From the IMG/VR virus record IMGVR_UViG_3300025728_000009, positions 1 to 64,000 of that record: 64,000 bases of DNA; one strand, 5' to 3'. The first letter of the stretch is position 1. Each line of letters begins with the position of its first letter. This stretch comes from a virus. This document shows, piece by piece, positions 22,155-34,371 of this stretch. Below the pieces are notes generated by a model that was given only the letters and a program-made list of their open reading frames with translations, was not told where the DNA came from and searched no databases. A program made the translations under genes and the position numbers.

Positions 22155-24377
22155 GAGGCTTAAACCTTGGCATATTCTGCCTTAACATCTCTCCAACTAC
22201 CTGATGTACGGCTGTAGAAGGTGATCCACTCTTCACCTTCTTCGTCATAGGAAAGACGACCTATAACACCTTTGAATTGACCGCTGAGAATGAGAACTTT
22301 CATGGCTGTTACTCCGTGTGTTTGGTTTCTGTAGGGATAGTATGTACCCACTCCTGTATAACATCAATTACCGTTTGTCTGCTTTCAAGAATTCTTTGGT
22401 GTATTTCTTGAGGAGCTGTCACCGAGGATTCATTACCGGTGTATAGGATGTCATACCAATCCCCAATCCTGCGGATGTTTCTTATAATCTTCTATCACCT
22501 ACCCTCCACTTTAGGTCCACAAATAATACTCGCAGGCTTAACACCTGAATTCTTAATAGTTAGCTCTACACTCTCATAGCAAAGCTCTTTGGTTGGATAG
22601 TCAACTTGTATGATTCTGTCGCACAGTCCCCAAGTCAAGGTGGTGCATACTATCATTGTCCAGATCATTTATCGTTCCACCCTTTCCATTGATTAATACG
22701 AGCAAGCTCCTCAAGTGCCGCTGTTTGGCGTTCTTGAAGCTGCCTGTCCTTACGCTTACGTTGGTTACTGGCACTTACTGCACAGCACACCCACAAGAGA
22801 ACGAATGGTGGGAAAATGATTGTGAGGACTAAGAACACACAATGCGATAGACCGTTCATGACACAACCTCCTTTCCACACAGGTAATGAGTAAGGTATGC
22901 ACAGAACACAGCCCACACTTGATATGCGAAGATTGCCCACGTATCCACGTTGTTAAACCAGATACAATTTAGAATTATATTCATTACTACGAACATAAAG
23001 AAACATGCTTTACGACTCATCCCTTAACCCTCAATTGATCAATCAACTTCCTAGCCCGCATAACATCCTCATCCGTCTCCATATTCACATATGTAACCTC
23101 TGCAAACAAGCTAATGATGCGCTCAAGAGAATTGACAAGACGTTTTGTAGATGTCTTTGTTGTGCGGTATTCGGTTGTCATTGTCCTAGATCCGTATAGT
23201 CATTCATAAACGTGAATGAAGTTCTTTTCTCAATACCTCTGATCACTGTCCAGATAGACTCTACATCCGAGTACACAGTGAACCAGACGTTAGAACCGTT
23301 TGAGTGCAGGAACTTCAATAGGTAGTTACTCATATGTCCTCCAATTCCTTCACAAAGTGGTTGGTCCACTGACTAGGACCATAGGGTAAGAAGTAGTGGA
23401 AGCCAAACTCAGTGGTCTTAGAAATGGTGCCGTCTGCATTCATTTTGAAGTTATACTCTTCACCAGCCTTGAAGGCCACCCGACCATCGCTGTTCATAAC
23501 CACATCACGTACACATTTAAGTTTCATGCTACTAACTCCCAAATTTTAATAGCTCCGTGGATTAGGGCAGCCCATAAGATAAGGCTAAGCCCTGTCCAGA
23601 TTAGTAAAGGTTTGATGGGCATGTTACACAGTCTCTACACGTTTCTTGCCGAAGCGGCATGCACCGTAAGCCAAGTCACGCTTGTCAACCGAACGGATAG
23701 CTGCTTTGAATGACATTGGTTTGCTCACTACAGCGCCGGTATGGCGGTCGATTACTACGTAGAGGTCTTTGATGGTGGATTCAGTGTTCATAGTCTTGAT
23801 TCCTTGTGTGTTTCGTTGTCTGTGATGTAACTATAATGCCTTCTGAACAGTCCGTCAAGGATTTATTTTCAATTATTTTGCACAAACTTCGTAAACCACA
23901 CCTCCACTCGTCCATGTTCCGCTGCCATCCTTATGACGAACCTGTAAGCTTTGTACACATTCAGCACCTGCGCCTAGGCTCGTTGCTTTGTTCCAAGCAT
24001 CCTTCAAGAAACGATAGTAGAACGGACCTTTAGTATTCTTGTGCGAATAGTTAGGAGGATAGACAACCCATGAGATTGTAATCTGTGCTGCTTTACTAGA
24101 TGGGTAATGTCCTTTCTCGTTCTTAATGTACTGAGTGTTAATGATTAGGTCTTTCTCATAAGCTTCTTCTGCACGTACAGGCGCTTTATAGAGATATCCT
24201 GTCTTAATTTCTTCTTCAACGCCTTCAATAATCACTCTGCAACGTTTGTCACCATCATAATAGACAATCGTCACCTCACGAATAGGCGCCTCTTCTCCTG
24301 AGATATCACCCAGTTCAAGGATTGGGTAGTCTGTATATGCTTTCATGTTAACCTCTGTGTTTGGTTTGTATGTGCTA

Positions 24378-24412
24378 ATTATAGACGTGAAAAAGCCCCG
24401 GTCAAGGGGCTT
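24378..24412 (-). promoter_or_regulatory. Fused terminator/promoter TTGACC-16-TATAAT
   Basis: Minus strand AAGCCCC-TTGACC-GGGGCTT-TTT. Confidence 0.8.
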
Positions 24413-25551
24413 GAGTAAATCTTTTTTACATCTATTCACTCGGTTTCAATATCGCTTTGCAGCTATCCCCGATCACCACTAGCTTAGAACGGTTCTCAAT
24501 ACCACTATGACTGATCACATCTGTAAGCTCAACGATCCCTTCGACAACTTCAACAAAAGCTTCTAGCCTGCGTTTCAGGAAATCAATTTCAGCCTGCTGC
24601 AAATCGAACAATTCGTCCATCAACTGAATGCGTTCTGCTGTGTCGTCTGTTTGTACTGGAGCATCTACAACAAACTGTTCATAAACTTCCGCTGAAGGTA
24701 GCGGAACCAATGGAGTAACCGTGTATTCAGTATCCTCCATAGCCCAAGCAGCCTCATTGATGTTTCTAATGAACAAACTGCGATTGTCTCTTTCCACTAA
24801 ATACCCGAGAATTGTTTTCATCTCAATTCTCCCTTTTTATTGACTTAAATGCGTCAGCCAAAAGACGCTTGGTTCTGCGCTTGCCGTCTTTGAGGCGAAA
24901 CACACTGTACCCTTTGTTGCTATCTAGCTTTGTAATTGTACCGAGGAACAAGCCTGAATCATTAAAGACTCTGCGAACCTTGCTGCCAGTTACAGGGCTA
25001 AAGCTAGATTTGATTTGTGTAGTAGTCATGATCTTCACACCTTAAAGAGTAAGATAACCAACCTAGAGAACCATTTCTTTAGGCTTGTCTCCATGTCTGT
25101 CAGATGGCTACTTCTAGGTTGCCGTCTCTGTTTCTCCCTTTCATGATTGAATTGTAAAAGATGGCTTACGTCCTGTCAACCTGTATTTTGACACGTTTTG
25201 AAATTATTTTACAGATCGTAGATAAGTCCTTGTGTGCAAAGGTGTTCTTCAATCTTTGCAAGCTCAAGGTAATACTGGAATTCACCCGCATCGTACTCAG
25301 GGATAGCAAACTCATGCCAAAGCCACGCCTGAAAGTGAGCAAGCAATGTGTCCAAACTCAAATTCAACAGATTACGACAATCCACCAAAGCTTGGTTGTA
25401 CACATTAGGATTGTGCAGGGTTTCCAGTGCATTCATAATTTCTTGGTTGTTCATTTGTAATGCTCCTACGTTGGTTGTGTTACGTTCTTGGGACGCTTTG
25501 TCAGTAAGGTTACACCTTCTAGGTCCATTTGCAACGGGGTGTCAGGAATAT

Positions 25552-26055
25552 TTACAGCTGGTCCCACACCCTATCCCTCCAAAAGCCATATTTCTTTTCA
25601 GCTGTCATCCGTGCGAAAATTGCATCCTCCTTGTATTCGAATCTCCCTAAAGCAATCAACCTACCTTCTGCATAAATGTAGGCGTACCATTTGCCGGTTT
25701 CTTCCAGCCTGACTCCTACAACCCCCGACTTGTTATTCTTCTGTAAATCGACATTTCTCTTATTTACGGAACTATTTGAATCCCGGAGGTTTTCCCACTT
25801 ATTGTTAGTTTTATCTAAATCCCTGTGATCAACAAGACCCTTTGGCCACTCTCCACTCATATACAGAAAGGCTAGCCTGTGGGCCGAGTAAGTTTTCTTA
25901 CCCAGTCTGATTCTTATGTAGTAGTTACTTTCCTTGTTACCTTGAACATCACCTTTCTTACCGTTTTTAGAATCTACAAGTCTAGTGAATAATCCGGTCT
26001 GAGGGTCATATTCAAAATTTAACCTCAGTCTTTCTAAAACATCTTCTGCTTTCAT
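25552..26055 (-). CDS. HNH homing endonuclease with AP2 domain
   Basis: YDP.TG.F, AHRLAF..M.G.WP, VDH.D....NN...NLR, N.SG..GV, LGRF....DA..AR. Confidence 0.88.
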   Translation of the reverse strand: MKAEDVLERLRLNFEYDPQTGLFTRLVDSKNGKKGDVQGNKESNYYIRIRLGKKTYSAHRLAFLYMSGEWPKGLVDHRDLDKTNNKWENLRDSNSSVNKRNVDLQKNNKSGVVGVRLEETGKWYAYIYAEGRLIALGRFEYKEDAIFARMTAEKKYGFWRDRVWDQL

Positions 26056-29000
26056 TTTTGTTTCCTATAATATTCCTGTACTATTTTATTATTGATGAGT
26101 TTACAGATTTTGGATCCATGTGCAAGCTAAATGTGTAAAATAATTGAACTATTTCAGTTGGCTATTTATTGATCAATCCTTGAAGCTTTTCAGCTTGTGT
26201 CTGAAGCTCAGAAATCTTGGTCAACATCTGTTGCAATTGCTTCTGTTCTGGTGTCTGTTCAACACGCTCCCAAACAAGCTTACGTTGGTTACTGATTTCC
26301 ATCACATTGTAAATTGGTGGGGTATGTACTTTCATAATGTCAAGATCCTTACTTTCTCGACAAGTCATATCCTCATTCCAAGCATCATTTGCCCAGCCGA
26401 TAGCTCCAATCAATACGAGACAGAAGCCACCATAGTAACCATCTGTTAGCACCATGTAGGTGTGGCCGTTTCGCAATTCAACATGCATACCGCTTTTCAG
26501 GTCCGACTTCTTCATAATTTTCTCCTCATTAATAATTTCTACATCATATTTGTCAAAATAGCTACCGTGGCTTTCATTTGAAACTAATTTATACCCCCAG
26601 TATGTTCCATCGAAAGGAGTGACCTCGAAGGTTTGTCCAACCTTATCAGCATACCAATAACTCTTCAAGCCTGCTTTAATTACTTTAACTTTCATATCTT
26701 CTCCACAATCTTTGTGTTCAAATGTGTGACCAGCTCTGTAAAACTAAAGTCACCCCGTTCATGTCGCTTACGCAAATTCCCTTGTGCTGTATGGTGACAG
26801 ATAAGGGGAGGTGCGTGTTTCCCTACTTCCACACTAAATCCTTCCAGTCCATAATAGATTTCATCTAATCCTGACCAACCAAACGGAGATGGATAGAGGT
26901 CTTCATATTCTTGTTTGGTGATAATGCTGGCGATTGTGTATTCACCATTCCCTTCCGGGTAATTCTGTGCTTGGCGTATGACTATTTCACCTATTGAGAA
27001 TAGTTGTTTCATGCTATTCTCCAATAACATCATAAGTAGTCTCTGCACTATAAGGACGAACAGTCCACTTAGCAATCAGCTTCTTTTCATATTGATATTT
27101 GTGTCCATTGTCAACATAAATCCACTCATCATCCTCAGTGATATCAATCACAGGATCTACCCAGTCTCTTGAGCCATCTTTAAACTCTACAACGAATTCA
27201 TTATGCATTATTCAGTACCTCTTCTAATACAAACTGTTCACAGGCAGACAACCAATCAAAGCGTGCCACTCGCAGCTCTTCCTTCCTAACGATGTATTCC
27301 AAGCTATTATCTAGCGAACTTTTCGAGCTTTGATAGGCACTTTTACATGCTTCTAGCCGTTCTAGCAACTCAGACAAGTGCTTCATGGGGTTGCCACCTT
27401 AACAGCTAAAATGAACGGCCAATTGTCGTAAGTTAGCCAACTGAATAGGACAGCGAACACAGAAGGAATAAGCATTTCTGCACCAACTTTACCAGAGAAG
27501 CCTGCTGACACATAGGAACCTACCAAAGTAACTGCCCACAGCCAGATGGAAATTACAAGAAGTACACACCATCCTAGAATTATCATTTATTTACTCTCCT
27601 TAGCTTTGTCTGCGTCTATCGCTAAGTCAATCAACCGAACAAGCTCTGTACTTGCCGTGCTAATCTCAGCCTGTGCATCAAAGAACAGCACCCACTCATC
27701 GGACAAGTCTTCGAATCGAACACCACTGTGAATGATGAATTGAGTCCAGCGGTGGCAGTTGGCAACGATTTCATCCGTCAATTTCTTAGAGACTGTTGCT
27801 GATTTCCGTGGAATTTTCATTTGATTACTCCTGTTGCTTCATCCAAAGCATCTTTAAGTTCCCACATGTTCTTCTGATACAAAGCTGCTATATTAGTCAA
27901 CTCCTCAATCTGCTTATTGGCAGCGTCAAAGGCTGACAAGAAAACTACAGGCTTTCCCCAAAGCCTTCCGGCCTCTTCATTTTGAGTCCAACCGTAGTCA
28001 TCTGATGCAGCGTTCGGAAGAACATAACCAATAATCTCCACATCACTATTAATCTTCATAACATTCTCCTTACCAATCAATATCAATTGTGTACGTACCA
28101 GCTTCAATCAGTTCCATTCGGTAAAGACTGTTTGCAACCATTTGTACATCTGGATAGAAGTTACGACCCCAGAACAGATCAAGGAAACGTTTGTCTTCTG
28201 GATCACCATTCCACTCTTTAGGGTCACGAGCAAGCCATGCATCAAAGCTTACACCCATTTCCTCCCCGTTGATTTCTTCAGGAACCGTATCATTCTCATA
28301 GTCATCTGCACCATCAGGAATTGTCAGTGTAACACGTTGACGTTCTTTACAACCATCTTGTTGCTGAAAGCTGTAAGGGCGACCATATGTAGTTTCTACC
28401 AAACTATCCCAATCACCTACGCCAATGACTTGTTCTGTTCGTGTTGTGATTTTCATAACATTCTCCTAAATAATTTGTTTTACAAGATACAGCCCTTGTA
28501 TCCCTCTGTTGTGTGCATGGCTGTAAGATTAGCTGATTAGATTGAGTGAGTCAAGGGTTTCTTCAAGATAAAAGCGACATTCCTCGATGATTTTGATCGA
28601 TACAGCCATGCAAATGTAAGGTTGATAGCGTGGCAAGGGTTCGATGAGGAAGCGCTTGCATGTGTCTCTTTTTGTGCAGTCTGTTCCCTCACATTTACTG
28701 ATTGTCATAAATCACCAGGGGTTTAATTACAAATTTTGTTTGTTCGTTAAAAGTAAATCCTTTGTACTTTGCCCAAGAATTGAAACTAGACTTTGCTCCG
28801 CTCATTGATTCATACAGAGAGCCCCATCGCATTCCTGTCTCGGTGTCAATGATTATATAGCCTTGAATGTCACTCATACAAACCTCTCTATTGGAATGTC
28901 CTGATATCTTTGTGGAAGATTACCACACATTTCTAACCACTCACCACAAACTTCTCTCACATCTACAGATTCTAGATGATGATTGTTGATAAGTTCTGCC

Positions 29001-32000
29001 CAATCCTGTGTATGTAAAGAATGGTGTTCGGTCCATAGAGTGTAATTCTCATTACCGTCGTCAAGATAGATTCCTGACCAGTCACCGTGGCTGCTGTTTA
29101 CAACTATTACTTTCTTTTGGATTGTCACTTGGACTCCTCCAACTCTTTAATTTTAGCGTGTAGCTGCTGCACATACTTCTCCCAGTAATAACTGCTATCA
29201 TTCCAACCGTTGCAATATTTGTAACATGCGCCTAGATTATTTTCATAAGGAATTTCTATTGGTGCAGTATTCTTAATAGAAAGCTCCGCACCACCCGGAA
29301 TATTTATATTGTCCCATTCTGGCAGTTTCAATTCTTAACCCTCACTCCACAGTTATCGCAGGTTAGCATACCATCCATATCATCGTAAATAGACATTTCT
29401 TTCATTGTGCCTTTGTGGCAGACTGCACAGTTCCCTTCTTTGTAGAATTTCCAATTTCTAATGTTAACCATATCTTCTACACTAATACCAAGTGTACGGT
29501 ATGCACCTTTTCGTCGCCAGACAGACCAACCCCAAACACAGGGCTTACCTGATTTATTGTTGATCTTAACTTTAGTTTCAGTTTCATCAGGAGCAATACC
29601 AATCAAAGGAATGTCCCAATAATCAGAGTTAAAAGGATCTATGAGTTGCTTGGCTGTCATTCTTCCTCTCCCAAATCAAACTCAAGTGACTCAATAATTT
29701 TCTCAATCTCATCTGTTACACTATAATCGTATTGCAATTCTTTTTCCAACAAATGTTTAGCCTGTTGCAGAAGGGTGATAGTGTGTTGGATAGTTTGTTT
29801 ATGTTGGGTCATTTAGTAGCCTCCTTATTTGGATAGGTCTCTTCATCTTCTTGTGCCTGAATCCAAGCCAGAGCAAAGTCACTATACGTAATCAAGCCTT
29901 CCGAGTACTGTTTGTTCAGCTCTTCTTCACGTTCATCAATTGTCATCTCATTTCTCCTCAAAACTATAACAATGGTTCATCCTATCATGATTTCTGATAT
30001 ACGTACATGTCAAGTGATTCAGTTTACCACCTACATCATTCGTATATTTAGGTGCTGTACACCTCCACTCAAATAGCTTTATGTATCGCCATTGCGTTGT
30101 TAGGGAGCGATGTTTGCAATCGGAGCATTTGTTCATTTCAATTATCTTTAGTCCCGAGTTGTAGAGTTCGTTTATTGTAATAGGAAGCTTCAGGTTTTAC
30201 AAACTGATTGCCTCGAAAGTCTGTGTAATCAAAGTGCTTCCCACAACCATATTCCTCGTCTGCTGTGAACTCTTCAACAGATACATTTCCGCCTTGATCA
30301 TAATAACCAGTTCCAGACGAATGTACCAATACTTCTACAGTCGCTTCTTGGTCTTGTGTGAGCAACCACTCACGAAATTCTGCTACGTTCATTTCTTACT
30401 CCTATATTCTTCAGGCCAAGGTATGTCACAATGACGACACTTTCTAAATCCCCACATGTGTAGACCATTAGTCTGTTTACAGATTGAATAGTCATCTGGT
30501 GGATACTCCTCAATATAAACAGGCTTAGCTTTAGCCTCATACTGTGTCTTCAAATGTTCCAACTGATCAGTAGCAAACTCACCTCGATAATCGCCACCAA
30601 CATATTCTGCGAAGTTACCTACTCCGTAGGTACGGATAGCATTTTCAAATACATCCATTCCTGTTGTGGCTTCTACTAGTGGTAGAGCGTTTGGTGCGTA
30701 TTCGTCTGTCATTTTGAAACCTCGTTAATAACTGTAACTTTCAATTTACTAAAGTCTTCTGCACACCCAGCTATAAGTCTTGGGCCTAACCACGTAGGAA
30801 CTGTTACGCTGAAATAATAACCTTTCTTCTGAGCGCAATCAATCATGATTTTATGGTAATCTGGAGATTGAAGGTTGCAGCCTGAAAGTAATATGGCAAT
30901 CATTACTAGAAGGACTTTCACTTATCCATTTCCTTCAACAATTCCAATAACTGCATCTCAAGACCAGCAGATTCAGCATAAGCACCGACTGCTTGAAGGT
31001 CATCAATACCTTCTTGAACCAAATCAATCAGCTTCTGTTTGTAGTCTGGTACACATGGTTCTTGTTCCCATCCACATTTTGTGCAGTCATGTCCATCTAC
31101 GAAAGCTTCGCAGCGTTGACATAGGATGTTTCCCACAGGATTAAAAGCCATCACTTATACTCCTCAATTCCAGTATGCAAAACATAACATTTCCCGCTAG
31201 TTTTGTCCACTCCAATCACACAAACATGCATCCCCCTTACCTAGCTCATCAGGATAGTGTCCAACCTTAATTAGTAGCTCTTTTCCCGCTAAGTCTTGCC
31301 ATTTGAAGATGGATTTGTCTAAGCTTTGTTGAATATCAAATGAATAATTACCTGTGTAGACCTCTCCATCCCATTGTTCGTACTGTTGCTCTTTCATTCT
31401 GCCCTCTTCATATTGCACAAATACATAAATTCATCTTTATACATGTCTTTAACTTCTTCTGTGAAGTCCTCATTACCAAACTCATGTGTCCACACTGACC
31501 TGCCAAAGCGACTCTCTACGTCTGCATGAAAGACTGAGAAATCACACATTACAATACCTGTATAGCCAGTGATAACGATTGCTTGGTATTTACTCAGCAT
31601 TTCACTCATAATCTTTCTCTCCTCCCTGCTGCCTATCTTCATAATCACTAAATTCACACAACAGATTGTAGTATGCATCAAAGCTTACATATTGTCCAAA
31701 CTCTGCTGTAATTTTCTGTACAGATGCTTGACCAAAGTCATGATATTCTACTTTAAAATTATAACGTCTTGGATTGCTGTGTTCAAGACTGCTCATTTTC
31801 CAATTTCCTCGTGATAGTCAGAATGTCGATTGCAGCCACACCACATAAGATAATATAAAGCTTTCACTTCGTCTGTCTGATTGTTTGGAATGGTTAAGTC
31901 ACCACCATCTATGCACAAACAACCCGATTCGAAGTAATCAACTAGAAACTTGATATCCTTGGTGGCAGGTAGCTCTTTCTTACGCTTATCAAATACCTGA

Positions 32001-33053
32001 AGTGTTGACTCTAGCATTGTGTTCATTTATTCAACTCCCCAATCTGTTCATTAATCCGTGTAATAGTCCATTCAGCACTTCTCAAATCTTCATGTGCTCG
32101 CTGAAGTTGTCCTTCAAGTTTCTTCAATACTGCTGTCTTACTCACATCACTCCCTTTAAGCTTAGCCCACTTCTTTGTACACTGATACCCTACAAACACA
32201 ACACCCTCATAATCATCTTTAGCGTATTCATGCACAAATTCGTAATCATTCAGATTGCAGATGAACTCTAAGTCGAATGACTCCGCATTCACATATTTCG
32301 AATATTCACGAGCCAAGCCTTCGTGTGTGAAGATGTTTGTGTCTTCTTTTCCATCCTTGAAAGGCCAATAGTTGTATGTGTCGATTAGAACTATGTCACC
32401 GTGTCTGTCTGTACGAGCTACCGCACGTCTGTCTCTGCACCAATACGGATCTGATGATGGACCAAGGTTAGGTTTCCAAGTGTATTGGAAGTAATCGCCG
32501 TCTTTGATCTGTGTCATTTCAAACTCCTAAGCCAATTAATTTTACTCTCTTCAGTCTCACCATTCAATTCAGTCCAGACATTGACAATCTCTTCAGTTCT
32601 CATGTCACAGAAATCTTTTGGTGGTGACATAATTAGAGTCTTATCTGTCCAATTGAGAATACCACCTTCATAGCGATCTTGCCAATAAAACATTTTACCT
32701 TCGCTGTAATCAGCTATACCGTGACAATGATAACCATCCATGCTTAGGTAAGTTAGATTAGGATAGAGTTTATTAAGAACAAGGAAAGCTAGCCATTGAG
32801 GTTTATCATCGCTTGGAAATAGTGATTGTTCTACAAAGTGATAGGCTAGATCGCTCATTGTTTAATTCCTGCAATTTTGAATTCCACATTCTCAGCCACA
32901 GCCTTAAACCTGTCAAGCACTGACATAAATTGATACCCTCCAGCTTTGCTCCACACGAGGACAACAGCATTTCCTAGATGTTTGCGTAAAACGTAGGGTT
33001 CGAAGTTTTCAATTGAGTACATTTAGTTTTCCTCTGTGTTTTCTGTTGCTTGA

Positions 33054-33087
33054 ATTTTAGACAAAAGAAAAGGGCCTGTCAAGGCCC
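33054..33087 (-). promoter_or_regulatory. Fused terminator/promoter TTGACA-17-TAAAAT
   Basis: Minus strand GGGCC-TTGACA-GGCCC-TTTTCTTTT. Confidence 0.85.
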
Positions 33088-33091
33088 AATA

Positions 33092-34309
33092 TCACGCAAG
33101 GTTGAAAATTTCTTTAATCTTAGGCTTTTCAAGCACCTCCAAGCTCATGCACTCAAACATCCCACCCTTAAACGGCACCAAAGGGTTGTAGTGAAACTCC
33201 CTGAATTCCTTGTGTAGTTCGGCTTCCATCTCTAAGACTGAAAGATGTTTGTCTTGCACTGTTGACAGGATTTCAACATCGTAGTACCTTCCTATCGACC
33301 ACATCCTTTCCCTCATATTGAAGGATCTACCAATCTTGATAAAAGATTCCTCTTTATTATACAAGTTTATGAGGTATAGATTGTCATCTTCGTCTGCACG
33401 ACCTTCGTATTCACCATACCCGTTATTTACGGCTGAGGATTTATATCTGCAAGACCCACCACAACCCCTACCTCTCAGGAAGTTGTTAATGGACGTGGAG
33501 TTTTCATGCCCTTCTGCACACAACCAATCAAACTTACTTGTCTGCCTGATATCATCAGTGTTGAAACCAATAAATGTAAAGCCTTGTGCAGTTACAAGGT
33601 TATTCATCTTAAGTTCATATTGTGCTGAAGTTAAAGGTGGATTATCTTTACATCGACAAGGTAGATTACCAGCCTTAAGGCTTGCATATGAGGCATTAAA
33701 AACACCATTGCAAAGACCAGCCTTTGTATACTCATCTTCTTTACAAATAGGACAGCTAACAAACCATCTTTCATACCTACCAGTGGAACCGGGCACAGGA
33801 TCTCTTTCAAACGTCGTACCGCTAACAAAGGAGCCTGTAGATAAAAACAAATCAATATAGTGTTCTATAGGTTTTACTTTGTTTTTAGATATGAGTCCAT
33901 CAAGACCAACACACCTTTTATTGTCATCTGAGCCGCCTAAGAATGAATTTATCCTCGGAAGAGTTACTACATCATTAGTTCTTAAGTCTACAGCCTTGAT
34001 CTTAGTATTAATCTTACCGTTATATTCCCCATCCCAACCTATGAATTTATAATCCCTCTTAATGCACTCCCGTATTACCAATATCTTATTTTGTTCTTCT
34101 GTTAGGTACGGAGTTCTGGCACAAAGACAAGAACATGATCCTTTACTTAGGCTGTGTGCATGAGAGGTAATTGATCCTAGTGGGAATAGTTCAGTATCTA
34201 AAGAGCACTTACTACAAGAGACAATCCACTTATCTTTCCCTATCTTACTAACTAATGTCATTATTGAATCTCTTACTTCAAACTGATCACCTTCATTGCG
34301 TACTGTCAT
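33092..34309 (-). CDS. Zn-ribbon-repeat protein with C-terminal GIY-YIG-like (T5orf172/MUG113) nuclease domain
   Basis: Two internal repeats W.VSC..C...L..G...C.C...LT..Q...F.G; C.EGH...GRGC; C-terminal LYLI...FIKIGRS...R...E.ELH...E. Confidence 0.75.
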   Translation of the reverse strand: MTVRNEGDQFEVRDSIMTLVSKIGKDKWIVSCSKCSLDTELFPLGSITSHAHSLSKGSCSCLCARTPYLTEEQNKILVIRECIKRDYKFIGWDGEYNGKINTKIKAVDLRTNDVVTLPRINSFLGGSDDNKRCVGLDGLISKNKVKPIEHYIDLFLSTGSFVSGTTFERDPVPGSTGRYERWFVSCPICKEDEYTKAGLCNGVFNASYASLKAGNLPCRCKDNPPLTSAQYELKMNNLVTAQGFTFIGFNTDDIRQTSKFDWLCAEGHENSTSINNFLRGRGCGGSCRYKSSAVNNGYGEYEGRADEDDNLYLINLYNKEESFIKIGRSFNMRERMWSIGRYYDVEILSTVQDKHLSVLEMEAELHKEFREFHYNPLVPFKGGMFECMSLEVLEKPKIKEIFNLA

Positions 34310-34371
34310 ACTTATTCTTTAATTCTCTTATGTATTTAGTTATTATTTATATTAGATTTATATTATTCAAC

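Larger units (their letters stand above)
16955..33020 (-). other. Early/host-takeover region: dozens of small co-oriented hypothetical ORFs in short promoter-led units
   Basis: Dense - strand ORFs of mostly 60-190 aa with GGAG RBS; repeated TTGAC/TTGCA-16/17-TANNNT promoters near 17360, 18450, 20070, 22080, 24380, 25150, 25510, 26100, 28525, 33055. Confidence 0.8.
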
